Source: an uncultured Klebsiella sp. (GTDB taxonomy: Bacteria; Verrucomicrobiota; Verrucomicrobiia; Limisphaerales; SXTU01). Taken from it: a DNA stretch of 62,833 nucleotides. The position numbers and the translations under genes are program-made. Position 1 is the first letter of the stretch. Each line of letters starts with the position of its first letter. Below are positions 9,468 to 18,836 of this stretch, one piece after another. Under the pieces are notes generated by a model. It worked only from the letters and a program-made list of their open reading frames with translations, was not told where the DNA came from and did not search any database. The DNA lies in contig CAZQEW010000007.1 of NCBI GenBank assembly GCA_964591495.1, forward strand, positions 5,681 through 68,513. The letters run 5' to 3'.

Positions 9468-10355
9468 ATGCCCCTTGATTTCATGACCCCTCCTGTCAGC
9501 GAGCAGATCACGCAACGCAGCGCCTCGAATCTGGCGCTTGCGTTCATCATGCTGCCGAAGGAAAAGCGGGCCGGCATGAGCGCGCTCTACGCGTTTTGCC
9601 GCGAAGTCGACGACGTGGCCGACGAGGAGACCGTGCCCGTCGAACAACGCCGCGCTCGGCTCGCCCAGTGGCGCGAAGACATCCGGGCCGCTTGCTCCGG
9701 CGGGGAACCCAAAATACCGATCAACTGCGAGCTGAAGCCCTACATCGCCGCGCATGGCATGTCGTTTGCGCTGTTTGATGAGCTGATCCGGGGCGTGGAG
9801 ATGGACCTCGATGTGACCCGCTACGAGACCTGGGCCGAACTCGAGCAATACTGCTACCGCGTTGCTTCCGTCGTGGGCCTGTTGAGCATTGAAATCTTCG
9901 GCTACTCCCAGCCGGCGTGCCGCGAATACGCCATTCACCTGGGACAGGCGCTTCAGCTTACGAACATCCTCAGGGACGTGGGCAACGACGCCGCGCGCGG
10001 CCGCATTTACCTGCCCTTGGCCGAACTTCGCCGCCACGAGGTTACCGAGGCGGAGATCCTGGCCGGCCAGTTCAGCCCGCGCTTCCGTCGTTTGGCGCAG
10101 ACCACCGCCAACCGCGCCCGTCATCACTTCGCCCGGGCCCGGGCCACCCTCCCGCCGGAGGACCGACGGGCGATGGTCGCCGCCGAACTGATGGGGGCGG
10201 TCTATTGGCGTCTGCTGCGCAAGCTCGAGCAACGCGATTTCCCCGTGCTCGCCCCCCAGCCCACCAAGCTCCACAAGCTCCAGAAGCTCGCCCTCATCCT
10301 CCGCACATGGTATCGCTCCGCCACCGGTGCATTGGTGCCGAACTATGGCGTCTGA
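9468..10355 (+). CDS. squalene/phytoene synthase family protein (HpnD/CrtB-like)
   Basis: 295 aa. The first Asp-rich motif context is ALYAFCREVDDVADEE. Also YCYRVASVVGLL and TNILRDVGNDAARGRIYLP, typical SQS_PSY motifs. Confidence 0.85.
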   Translation: MPLDFMTPPVSEQITQRSASNLALAFIMLPKEKRAGMSALYAFCREVDDVADEETVPVEQRRARLAQWREDIRAACSGGEPKIPINCELKPYIAAHGMSFALFDELIRGVEMDLDVTRYETWAELEQYCYRVASVVGLLSIEIFGYSQPACREYAIHLGQALQLTNILRDVGNDAARGRIYLPLAELRRHEVTEAEILAGQFSPRFRRLAQTTANRARHHFARARATLPPEDRRAMVAAELMGAVYWRLLRKLEQRDFPVLAPQPTKLHKLQKLALILRTWYRSATGALVPNYGV

Positions 10356-11457
10356 GCAAACTTCCAGCCCGGTCCGTTCTGCCGGCCGTGCGCCACGCGG
10401 CGTGGACGATTTGCCTTTGCGCCTCACGCCGCCCGCAGGCATGACGCCACCGCCGGACGATCTCGCCGGGTTCAAGCCCAAGCGCCGGGGAGCGGTTGAC
10501 CCGCGTGACAATGTCCCAGCCCCCAACGGTCCCCTGCCGCCCCCGGAGCCTCCCGCCACGCCCAAGAGCCTGAAGACCGGGCCGCTCCAAAATCACGCGC
10601 AGCACCTTGGCAAATCAGGCCGAGCGCCGATCCTCGCCACCCGCCGCCGGCTCATCGTCAATGCCGACGACTTTGGCCGCTCTCACTCCATCAACCAAGC
10701 CGTCATCCGTGCCCACCGCGAAGGCATACTGACTACGGCCAGCCTCATGGTGAACGGCGAGGCCTTTGAAGAGGCCGTCGAGTTGGCCCGACAAAATCCC
10801 ACCCTCGGCGTCGGTCTGCACCTCACGCTGGTCTGCGGTCGGTCGGCCTGCGACCGCCTCGAGATCCCCGACCTCGTCACTCCGCAGGGCGAGTTCACCA
10901 ACTCCCCCGTCGCCGCCGGCCTGCGCTACTTTTTCCAGAGCCGTCTTCGCCTGCAGCTGGCCCGGGAGATCGGAGCGCAGTTCAAGAAGTTTAAGGCAAC
11001 CGGACTGGTGCTCGATCACGTCAACGGCCACCTGAACCTCCACCTCCACCCCACCATTTTCGGGCTGTTGGCCGCCCGGCATCTGGAATGGGGCATCCGT
11101 CACCTGCGCATCACCGACGACCCATTCTCCCTGGACCTCCGCCTCGCTCGCGGTCAGTGGCTTTACCGGACCAGCCACGCACTCATCTTCCGCTGCCTGT
11201 CCGCCCGCGCGCGTCGCCACCTCGCCCACACGGAAATCCGCTCCACCGACCGCGTCTTCGGCCTGCTGCAAAACGCCCGCGTGGACGAGCGCTACCTCAC
11301 CCGCCTCCTGCCCGTGCTGCCGCGCGGCGACTCGGAGCTTTACTCGCACCCCTCGCTCGACGAATTTCGCCACGAATTCGACGCCCTCGTGAGCCCGCGC
11401 GTGAAATCGCTGGTGGCGGAGGGAAACATCGAGCTCATCCGCTATCAGGACTTGTAG
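10345..11457 (+). CDS. YdjC/ChbG-family deacetylase-like protein (HpnK-like) with a Pro-rich N-terminal extension
   Basis: The core LIVNADDFGRSHSINQAVIRAHREGILTTASLMVNG .. GLHL .. VNGHLNLH matches YdjC-type motifs. About 95 N-terminal residues are Pro-rich and low complexity. The track start is GTG 10327, and ATG starts exist at 10345 and 10441, so the start is uncertain. Confidence 0.8.
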   Translation: MASEQTSSPVRSAGRAPRGVDDLPLRLTPPAGMTPPPDDLAGFKPKRRGAVDPRDNVPAPNGPLPPPEPPATPKSLKTGPLQNHAQHLGKSGRAPILATRRRLIVNADDFGRSHSINQAVIRAHREGILTTASLMVNGEAFEEAVELARQNPTLGVGLHLTLVCGRSACDRLEIPDLVTPQGEFTNSPVAAGLRYFFQSRLRLQLAREIGAQFKKFKATGLVLDHVNGHLNLHLHPTIFGLLAARHLEWGIRHLRITDDPFSLDLRLARGQWLYRTSHALIFRCLSARARRHLAHTEIRSTDRVFGLLQNARVDERYLTRLLPVLPRGDSELYSHPSLDEFRHEFDALVSPRVKSLVAEGNIELIRYQDL

Positions 11458-11558
11458 CGGAGGGAATGGGTTTGAGACCTGGATTCAATGCAGACACCTG
11501 ACGCGGCCGCCACTCCCTTCAATTTGAGTTTTAATCCCGCTCCTCGCCGCCCTCCAGC

Positions 11559-11981
11559 ATGACCAAAATCCTCGCCATCCTCATCGCCGGTCTCGTCTGT
11601 GAGGCCATCGGCGTCGTCTTCCTCAGCAAGGGACTCAAGCAGATCGGCGAGGTCAAACAGGTCAACGCCGCGGAAATCTGGCGGGCCGTCAAAGCCGGCG
11701 TCACCAATGCCAACATCCTCGTGGGCGTGGCCTTGGAAGCCACCTTCTTCGTCGCCCTGCTCGTCCTGCTCTCGCGCAGCGACGTGAGCTTCATCTGGCC
11801 CCTGACCGCGATGGGTTTTGTGCTGACCACCCTCACCGCCAAATTTCTCCTACAGGAGGAAATCCCGCCCCTGCGCTGGGCTGGCGTGCTGCTGATCATG
11901 CTGGGAGCCGGTCTCATTACCTGGACTGAGAAAGCCAAGGAACGCCGCCAGGCTGCCCCGCCCGTCGCCCGGTCCAATTAG
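11559..11981 (+). CDS. small EamA/DMT-like membrane protein (4 predicted TM helices)
   Basis: 140 aa made of four hydrophobic helices (ILAILIAGLVCEAIGVVFL, VGVALEATFFVALLVLL, IWPLTAMGFVLTTLTAKFLL, WAGVLLIMLGAGLI). This is the single-EamA-domain pattern of ArnE/ArnF-like half transporters. Confidence 0.7.
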   Translation: MTKILAILIAGLVCEAIGVVFLSKGLKQIGEVKQVNAAEIWRAVKAGVTNANILVGVALEATFFVALLVLLSRSDVSFIWPLTAMGFVLTTLTAKFLLQEEIPPLRWAGVLLIMLGAGLITWTEKAKERRQAAPPVARSN

Positions 11982-12187
11982 GAAGCAACGCCACCCGTGA
12001 ACGCCCGCGGATGCGGTGATGCAGAGCAGAACGAAATACGAGGGTCATAGTGCTGGCCCGAGCCGATTTGTAACAATTCCGGACTGGCCGCAGATCAGAA
12101 AAAGTGGTTAAACGTGCGTAGTTTCCCGCTGAGCTTGCATCATGCGCGGGACCCGGGCACAACTCGGTAAACCAATCCCATACACTC

Positions 12188-13177
12188 ATGGCCGAAGCAT
12201 CTGGCAAACGCGAACACTTCGTCGGCGTGGACCTCGGCGGCACCAAGATTCTCGCCGGCGTCTTCACCCCGCAGCTCAAGTGCCTCGGCAAAGTCAAGAT
12301 GAGCACCAAGCCCGAGCGCGGCCCCGAGGGCGTGCTGGAGCGCGTGGCCCGCTGCGTGCACGAGGTGATTGACGAGTGCGACCTCCACACGGACAACATT
12401 CGCGCCGTGGGCATCGGTGCGCCGGGGGCGATTGACCCGGTGGAGGGCCGGATGATCTTCGCGCCGAACCTCAAGTGGGAGGACGTGCCGCTGAAGAAGG
12501 CGTTGGAGAAGCAGCTTGATCTGCCGGTCTTCGCCGAGAACGACTGCAATGCCTGCGCGCTCGGCGTGTATGAGACGGAGCTGGACCCTAAGCCGCGCTC
12601 GATGGTGGGCATCTTCCTTGGCACGGGCATCGGCGGCGGCATCATGCTGGACGGCAAGCCTTACTCGGGTTTCAACCGCACCGCCGGCGAGATCGGCCAC
12701 ATGGTGCTCGAAGTGAACGGCCCCAAGTGCGGCTGCGGCAACAAGGGCTGCTTCGAGGCGCTCGCCAGCCGCACCGCGCTCTTCCGCCGCATCCAGAGTG
12801 CCGTCAAAGACGGTCAGAAGACCGTGCTTACCGACATGCTCGGCCCGGAGCTGACGGACATGCGCAGCGGCGACCTCCGCAAAGCGCTCCGGCGCGGCGA
12901 CAAGTTCGTCGAGCAGGTCGTCGAAGAGGCCGCCGAATACACCGGCATTGCCGTCGCCAACGTCATCAATTTCCTGAACCCGGAAGTCATCGTCTTGGGC
13001 GGCGGCGTGATGGATCAGCTCGCGGACGACATGCTGTCCATCATTGTGGAGACGGCTAAGGATTACGCGCTGCCCGGCACGGCCAAGGGGGTTGAAATCC
13101 TCGCCAGCAAGCTCGGCGACGACGCGGGCATCACGGGCGCGGCGGTGCTGGCCAAGCGCGAGTCGAAGGAGAAGTGA
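12188..13177 (+). CDS. ROK-family glucokinase
   Basis: 329 aa. VGVDLGGTKI ATP-binding motif, ENDCNACALGV, and the ROK zinc motif GHMVLEVNGPKCGCGNKGCFE. Confidence 0.9.
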   Translation: MAEASGKREHFVGVDLGGTKILAGVFTPQLKCLGKVKMSTKPERGPEGVLERVARCVHEVIDECDLHTDNIRAVGIGAPGAIDPVEGRMIFAPNLKWEDVPLKKALEKQLDLPVFAENDCNACALGVYETELDPKPRSMVGIFLGTGIGGGIMLDGKPYSGFNRTAGEIGHMVLEVNGPKCGCGNKGCFEALASRTALFRRIQSAVKDGQKTVLTDMLGPELTDMRSGDLRKALRRGDKFVEQVVEEAAEYTGIAVANVINFLNPEVIVLGGGVMDQLADDMLSIIVETAKDYALPGTAKGVEILASKLGDDAGITGAAVLAKRESKEK

Positions 13178-13187
13178 TCAGCTATAG

Positions 13188-14192
13188 GTGCCTTGTCCCG
13201 TGAGCCACGACCCTGAGCACTTCGCCGCCTCCCTTCCGCCTTCCGCCTTCCGCCTTGCGGCTTCGACCCGTCGCGCCGTCATCGACATCGGCACCAACTC
13301 GGTGAAGCTGCTGGTCGCGGACGTTTCCGTCGCCGCCGTCAATCCAGTCTGGGAAGGCAGCGAGCAAACGCGCCTGGGCCGAGGCTTCTACGATGACCAC
13401 CGGCTCCGCCCCGAGGCCATCGCTGATACAGCGAAAGCTGTCGCCCATTTCGTCAGCACCGCCCGCGAACAGGGCGCAGCGCATCTCCGGGTCATCGCCA
13501 CCAGCGCCGCCCGCGACGCGGTGAACGCCGATGAACTCCTTGCCGCCGTGCGCGCGGCCTGCGGCGTGGCGGTAGAAGTCATCAGCGGCGAGCAGGAGGC
13601 GGACTGGGCTTTTCAAGGCGTGCTGACGGACGATTCGCTCGGGGCCCAGCCAATTCTGCTTCTGGACGTGGGCGGCGGCAGCACGGAGTTCATCCTCGGC
13701 CACGCCGGCCAAGCGCTGTTCCGCGACAGCTTCAAGCTCGGCACCGTGCGACTGCTGGAAGCCACACGCCTCACCGATCCGCCTGCGCCCGCCGAACTGG
13801 CCGCCCTCCGCGCGCAGGTCCGCACCTTTCTCGACCACGAAGTGCGCCCGCAACTCACCCCACATCTGGCGCAGCTCACCCCCGCCCTGCCCTGCCTTGT
13901 GGGCACCGGCGGCACCACGAGCATCCTCGCGCGGCTGGAGCTTCAACTATCCGACTACGATCGCGACCGCATCGAAGCCACGCGCTTTACTGCCGAGCGT
14001 TTGCGCTGGCACGTAGAACGGCTCTGGAAGTTGCCCTTGGCGGAACGCCGGGAACTGCCCGGCCTGCCGCCCAAGCGCGCCGACGTGATTCTCTTCGGTG
14101 CGGCCATCTACGAAGCGGTGATGGAAGGCTTCGGCCTCGCCGAGCTGCGCGTAAGCACGCGCGGCCTGCGCTTCGCCGCCGTCCGCCCGTGA
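13188..14192 (+). CDS. Ppx/GppA-family phosphatase (exopolyphosphatase-like)
   Basis: 334 aa with a GTG start. AVIDIGTNSVKLLVADV, ATSAARDAVN and LLDVGGGSTEF are ASKHA-fold Ppx/GppA motifs. Confidence 0.85.
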   Translation: MPCPVSHDPEHFAASLPPSAFRLAASTRRAVIDIGTNSVKLLVADVSVAAVNPVWEGSEQTRLGRGFYDDHRLRPEAIADTAKAVAHFVSTAREQGAAHLRVIATSAARDAVNADELLAAVRAACGVAVEVISGEQEADWAFQGVLTDDSLGAQPILLLDVGGGSTEFILGHAGQALFRDSFKLGTVRLLEATRLTDPPAPAELAALRAQVRTFLDHEVRPQLTPHLAQLTPALPCLVGTGGTTSILARLELQLSDYDRDRIEATRFTAERLRWHVERLWKLPLAERRELPGLPPKRADVILFGAAIYEAVMEGFGLAELRVSTRGLRFAAVRP

Positions 14193-14241
14193 GCGGAAGG
14201 CGCGCTTGCGCTTGCCGCCGCGAGCCGCCATAAACGCGCCC

Positions 14242-15609
14242 ATGTTCGCCGCCAAACTGCTGCCTGCGTTCTTCACCCTGCTGTTGGCCTGCGTGCTGCC
14301 AACCGGCGCGCAGGTTGGGAAGTCCATCGGCAGCAAGTCCCAGCTCGCGCCGTGGAGTCCCGAAGAACTGGTGCTGTATGCGAACGCAACCGTCCACACC
14401 GTCGCCGGCGAGACGCTCGCGCCCGGTTTCGTCCTGACACGCGGAACCAAGATCCTTTCCGTCACGAAGTCTTCGCCCAACGCGAAGCCCGACCGCACCG
14501 TTGACTTGAAGGGCCTGCACTTGTTCCCCGGCCTCATCCTGCCGACCAGCTCGCTCGGCCTCACCGAGATTTCCGCCGTGCGCGCCACACAGGACACGAC
14601 CGAAGCCGGCACGCACACGCCCGACGTGCGCGCCTGGCTGGCCGTGAACCCGGATTCGGAGCTGATCCCGGTCGCGCGCGCCAACGGCATCACGCATGCA
14701 CTGGTGCTGCCACTTGGCGGCACGGTCAGCGGCCAATCCGGGGTGATCTCGCTCGCCGGCTGGACGATGGAGGAAATGACCGTCAAGGCCCCGGTCGCAA
14801 TGCACGTCTTCTGGCCCGCGATGCACCTGAACGTCACGCCCAAGGAACTCGCGCGCGGCACGAAGGCCAAGTCGCCCGAGGATCAGGCCAAGGAACGCAA
14901 CCAGCGGCTCAAGGAACTCGATGAATTCTTCGACCAGGCCCACGCCTACGCAAAGGCCTGGGGCGTCCCGAGCAAGAATGGCCAACCCCCGGCGAAGGTG
15001 CCCGCTTGGGAGGCGCTGCTCCCCGTGGTGCGGGGCGAATTGCCGCTGATCGTTCACGCGGACGACGCGCGTCAGATCAAGGCGGCCCTCGCGTGGGCCG
15101 CGCAGCGCAAATACCGGATCGCGATTGCCGGCGGGCGCGACGCATGGCGCGTGGCCGAGGAATTGGCCGCAGCGAAAGTGCCGGTCATCTTCGAGTCCAC
15201 CTTCGACCAGCCGTTCCGCGACACCGACGCCTACGACGCGCACTTCAAGGGCGCAGCCAAGCTGCACCAGGCCGGCGTGAAGGTGCTGTTCAGCGAAGGT
15301 TCGGGCGCGAGCAACGCCACTTCCGCCCGCAACACACCGTATGCCGCCGCACAAGCCGTAGCCTTTGGCCTGCCGGAAGGCGAGGCGCTCAAGGGCCTCA
15401 CGCTGTATCCCGCGCAGGTGCTCGGCCTCGCCGACCGTCTCGGCTCGCTGGAGGCGAATAAGGACGCGACGTTCTTCGCCAGCGACGGAAACATCCTCGA
15501 CCTCCGCGCGAACGTGAAGCGGATGTGGATTGCCGGCCGCGAGGTGCCCTTGGACAGCCGCCACACGCGGCTCTACGAGAAATACAAGGACCGGCCCGCC
15601 GCGAAGTGA
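14242..15609 (+). CDS. secreted amidohydrolase-family-like protein (HxH metal motif apparently absent)
   Basis: From ATG 14242 the N-terminus is a signal peptide, MFAAKLLPAFFTLLLACVLPTGAQ. VDLKGLHLFPGLILPTSSLG aligns with the amidohydrolase D.kG..v.PGlID.H.H block. The C-terminus LTLYPAQVLGLADRLGSLEANKDATFFASDG is typical of the family. The track start is TTG 14206. Confidence 0.7.
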   Translation: MFAAKLLPAFFTLLLACVLPTGAQVGKSIGSKSQLAPWSPEELVLYANATVHTVAGETLAPGFVLTRGTKILSVTKSSPNAKPDRTVDLKGLHLFPGLILPTSSLGLTEISAVRATQDTTEAGTHTPDVRAWLAVNPDSELIPVARANGITHALVLPLGGTVSGQSGVISLAGWTMEEMTVKAPVAMHVFWPAMHLNVTPKELARGTKAKSPEDQAKERNQRLKELDEFFDQAHAYAKAWGVPSKNGQPPAKVPAWEALLPVVRGELPLIVHADDARQIKAALAWAAQRKYRIAIAGGRDAWRVAEELAAAKVPVIFESTFDQPFRDTDAYDAHFKGAAKLHQAGVKVLFSEGSGASNATSARNTPYAAAQAVAFGLPEGEALKGLTLYPAQVLGLADRLGSLEANKDATFFASDGNILDLRANVKRMWIAGREVPLDSRHTRLYEKYKDRPAAK

Positions 15610-15616
15610 CGGTGGC

Positions 15617-15823
15617 CTACGCGGGTTTCGGCCCCGCCACCAGCAGCAGGTGCGTCTGCTCCGGGCGCGCTGGCTGAGCGGGCTGCCACTCGATGGCGTC
15701 GTCCACCGCTTTGCGCATCTGCTCGAACCACCAGCCCGCGCTGGGCAGCCGACGCTGACGGCGCGGCGCGCGGCGGCAGGCGGGGGTGGCGTTGGCAAGG
15801 GTGAGTTCCATTTGGGGTTTCAT
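15617..15823 (-). CDS. small hypothetical protein (68 aa) with an R-rich / WWFEQMR motif
   Basis: ATG start, convergent with the amidohydrolase-like gene at an 8-nt gap. The sequence RRAPRRQRRLPSAGWWFEQMRKAVDDAIEWQP resembles small ORFs I believe recur in Verrucomicrobia, but I cannot verify this. Confidence 0.35.
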   Translation of the reverse strand: MKPQMELTLANATPACRRAPRRQRRLPSAGWWFEQMRKAVDDAIEWQPAQPARPEQTHLLLVAGPKPA

Positions 15824-15955
15824 AGGTCGTCTTTCTTTTGCCCCAACCTACGCGCGCCGCTCGGACATCCGCTGTCCGGGTGAACATGTTTCGTTCACAT
15901 TCTCGCCCCAATTTTCTCTTCCCGAACACCTGACGGAATCGTCACATTTCCACGC

Positions 15956-18202
15956 ATGCAACCGCCGCCACTCCCCAGCCCTGTCCGTCGTGGCGCGCGC
16001 TGGTTGCTGGCGCTACTGGTGGCCGCGTCAGCCGCTGCTCCCGCGCAGGCGGCCGTCTCACGCGAAGAGGCGCTGGCCGCCAAGCTCGACCTGTGGGGCG
16101 AGGCCGCGCTGAAACAAACCAACGGCCCCAGCTACGAGTTCTTTGCCCCGCTGTTGCCACCGCTGCGTTACGTCAATGCGGACTTCCGCCATTACCCCAT
16201 CGTCCTCAGTGCGCCGGGCGCGCCAGTGAAGGCCCGACTCATCTCCAACGGCAGCGGTCTGAACCTTCGCGGCGGCACGCGCAGTTGGAACGACATCGGC
16301 ACGCCAGTCATTTTCCGCGTCGGCTCGGATGAGCTGCGCTTCGGCGAATTCATCGAGCGCGTCAATGGCCCACACTACGTGGACGGCTGGCTGCCCATCG
16401 TGCAGCTCGACTACGCTCACGCCGGCGTCCGTGTGGGACAAGAAGCCTTCGCGAGCACGGAGCCGGCACTCGCCGAACATGGCGTGGTGCTTGTGCAGTT
16501 TAAACTCACGGCCGGCGAGAAGGGCGCAGTCGCGCTCCAATGGGACACGCCCGCGCCGCCAACGGTCCAAGGCCAGACACTGCGCGACGAGCAGGGCCGC
16601 GTGCTCGCGTGGTTCGGCACCGCCTGGAAATGGCAGCGTCAGCGGCTCACGGCACCGCTGACGGAAACGGGCGTGGCCACCATCGCGCTCGCCACCAAGC
16701 CGATGGATGCGGCAACCCCTTCACCGCTGGTGAACGGCGGTTTCGGACGCCAGCGCGAGGCGTGCGTGAAGACATGGAAGGAACTGGTCGGGCGCGGAAT
16801 GCAGCTTTCCGTTCCAGAGCCGGTGGTGATGGCCGCGTGGCGCTCGCTGCTCGTGGGCACGCATGCGCTTGTCCGGAGCAACCGGATGCACTACAGCGCC
16901 GGCAATCAATACGACCGCCTTTATCAGGCCGAGGGCTGCGACGCGCTTCACGCGCTGCTCTGGTGGGGCCACGAAGTCCGGCCGCTCGCCATCTCCCAGC
17001 TCGATTTCACGCGCAAGGGGCTAGAGTTCCATCAGGCCGGCCACAAGCTCCAGCTTATGGCGCACCTCCGCGAGTTCACGCGGGATGACGCCTTCATACG
17101 CGAGATGCGCCCGCGTTGGGAGAAGGAGGTCCATCTCATTTTGAACAGCCGCACCAATGCCGAGGGCCTTTTCCCGCGCGAGCAATACTGCGGCGACATC
17201 GCCACGCCGGTCTATTCGCTGAACTCGAACGCCAAGTCCTGGCGCGCCCTCCGCGACTTCGCCGCGACGCTCGATTCAATGGGCGAGCGTGACGAAGCAA
17301 AGCGGCTGACCGTCGTCGCCGCCGAGTTCAAGCAGCGCATCCTTGCGGCCATCGAGAAAAGCACGCGCCCCGCGATGCCAGGCTTCGTGCCCATTGCGCT
17401 GTCCGGCGAGGAGGAACCTTACGACACCATCACCGCCACGAAGATGGGCAGCTACTGGAACCTCATGGCGAACTACGTCCTCGGCACCGGCATTCTTCCC
17501 GAGCCGCGCGAGCGCGGCCTGCTTGATTATCTCCAGCAGCGCGGCGGCCTCGTGATGGGCATGACTCGCTCGCGTCCCGGAGTATCTTTTTGGACCGGAC
17601 CACACAGCGCGAACCCGCTCTATGGCACACGCTACGTGCTGACGCTCCTGCGCCGCGACGAGCCGGACCGGGCGTTGGTGAGTTTCTACGGAATGCTGGC
17701 GCAGGGCTTCACACGCGACACATTTATCGCCGGCGAAGGCGGCTCGCTCACGCCGCTGGACGCGCACGGGCGGCTTTTCTACTGCCCGCCCAACAGCGCC
17801 GGCGACACCCACTTTCTCACCATGCTCCGGCATGTGCTCGTGCAGGACTGGGATGCCGACGATGACGGCAAGCCCGACACGCTTTGCCTGGCCTTCGCCA
17901 CGCCAAAACGCTGGCTGGAGGACGGGAAGGAGATAAAGGCAGAACACGCGCCGACCGCTTTTGGCGAAACCAGCCTGACCTTGCGCTCGCGCCTGAAGGC
18001 CGGTGAGGTGCTCGTCGAGTTCAGTCCGCCGCCGCGAGCGCCGAATCAAACCCTGCTCCGCGTCCGCGTGCCGGATGGCTGGCGCTCCGTCTCGGCACAC
18101 GCGGGCCAGCGCGAATTGAAGCTGGACGCGCAGGGCACGGTGGACGTCACCAGCGTGCGGGAGAGCGCAACATTAAGGTTCGCCGTGCGCCGCGTGAACT
18201 AG
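15956..18202 (+). CDS. hypothetical secreted protein, 748 aa, family not recognised
   Basis: Long ORF with protein-like composition. N-terminal signal-like RRGARWLLALLVAASAAAPAQA. No motif I can name. Confidence 0.7.
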   Translation: MQPPPLPSPVRRGARWLLALLVAASAAAPAQAAVSREEALAAKLDLWGEAALKQTNGPSYEFFAPLLPPLRYVNADFRHYPIVLSAPGAPVKARLISNGSGLNLRGGTRSWNDIGTPVIFRVGSDELRFGEFIERVNGPHYVDGWLPIVQLDYAHAGVRVGQEAFASTEPALAEHGVVLVQFKLTAGEKGAVALQWDTPAPPTVQGQTLRDEQGRVLAWFGTAWKWQRQRLTAPLTETGVATIALATKPMDAATPSPLVNGGFGRQREACVKTWKELVGRGMQLSVPEPVVMAAWRSLLVGTHALVRSNRMHYSAGNQYDRLYQAEGCDALHALLWWGHEVRPLAISQLDFTRKGLEFHQAGHKLQLMAHLREFTRDDAFIREMRPRWEKEVHLILNSRTNAEGLFPREQYCGDIATPVYSLNSNAKSWRALRDFAATLDSMGERDEAKRLTVVAAEFKQRILAAIEKSTRPAMPGFVPIALSGEEEPYDTITATKMGSYWNLMANYVLGTGILPEPRERGLLDYLQQRGGLVMGMTRSRPGVSFWTGPHSANPLYGTRYVLTLLRRDEPDRALVSFYGMLAQGFTRDTFIAGEGGSLTPLDAHGRLFYCPPNSAGDTHFLTMLRHVLVQDWDADDDGKPDTLCLAFATPKRWLEDGKEIKAEHAPTAFGETSLTLRSRLKAGEVLVEFSPPPRAPNQTLLRVRVPDGWRSVSAHAGQRELKLDAQGTVDVTSVRESATLRFAVRRVN

Positions 18203-18208
18203 CCGCCG

Positions 18209-18775
18209 ATGCTCCTCGCCTTCCACAAACCTTACGGCGTGCTGTCACAATTCACGCCCGAGCCGGGATCAAAGTTCCGCCCCCTCGCCGAGTTTGGCTT
18301 TCCGCCCCACGTGTATCCCATCGGCCGGCTGGATGCGGACTCCGAGGGCTTGCTGCTGCTGAGCGATGAGCCGGGATTGAACCAGCGCCTCCTGCATCCG
18401 CGCCACGCGCACGAGCGCGAGTATTGGGTGCAGGTGGAACGGATTCCCACTGCCGAAGCCTTGCGCCCGCTCGTGGCCGGCCTCGTCATCCAAGGTCACC
18501 GCACCCTGCCCTGCCGCGCGCGCCTGCTCGACCCGCAGCCGCAGATGCCCCCGCGCGATCCGCCCATCCGCGCGCGCAAGAGCGTCCCGGACTGCTGGCT
18601 CGCGCTCGAACTGGTCGAGGGCAAGAACCGTCAGGTGCGGCGCATGACCGCCGCCATCGGCCACCCGACCTTGCGGCTGGTCCGGGTGCGCATCGGCAAT
18701 TTCTGGCTGGGCAGCTTGCCGGCCGGAGTTTGGAAGCAACTTGACCCAGCGGAGCGGGTGCTCGTGCTTGGTTAA
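18209..18775 (+). CDS. rluE: 23S rRNA pseudouridine synthase, RluE-like (RsuA family)
   Basis: 188 aa. FHKPYGVLSQF, the catalytic GRLDADSEGLLLLSD, and EGKNRQVRRMTAAIGHPTLRLVRVRIG. It is collinear with E. coli RluE as I remember it. Confidence 0.9.
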   Translation: MLLAFHKPYGVLSQFTPEPGSKFRPLAEFGFPPHVYPIGRLDADSEGLLLLSDEPGLNQRLLHPRHAHEREYWVQVERIPTAEALRPLVAGLVIQGHRTLPCRARLLDPQPQMPPRDPPIRARKSVPDCWLALELVEGKNRQVRRMTAAIGHPTLRLVRVRIGNFWLGSLPAGVWKQLDPAERVLVLG

Positions 18776-18836
18776 GTTGCCCTACCGGACTGAACCCTGA
18801 ATACTGAACACCGCTCCCCTCGTCCGCCCTTCACTC

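Noticed and set aside
9081-10565. 494-aa minus-strand ORF opposite the ntrC 3' end and the SQS-like gene
   Set aside because: It is a shadow ORF in GC-rich DNA. It overlaps well-supported plus-strand genes and has Gly/Arg/Ala-rich low-information sequence.
13987-15798. 603-aa and 307-aa minus-strand ORFs opposite the Ppx and amidohydrolase-like genes
   Set aside because: Same shadow-ORF signature. The plus-strand products carry family motifs and signal peptides.
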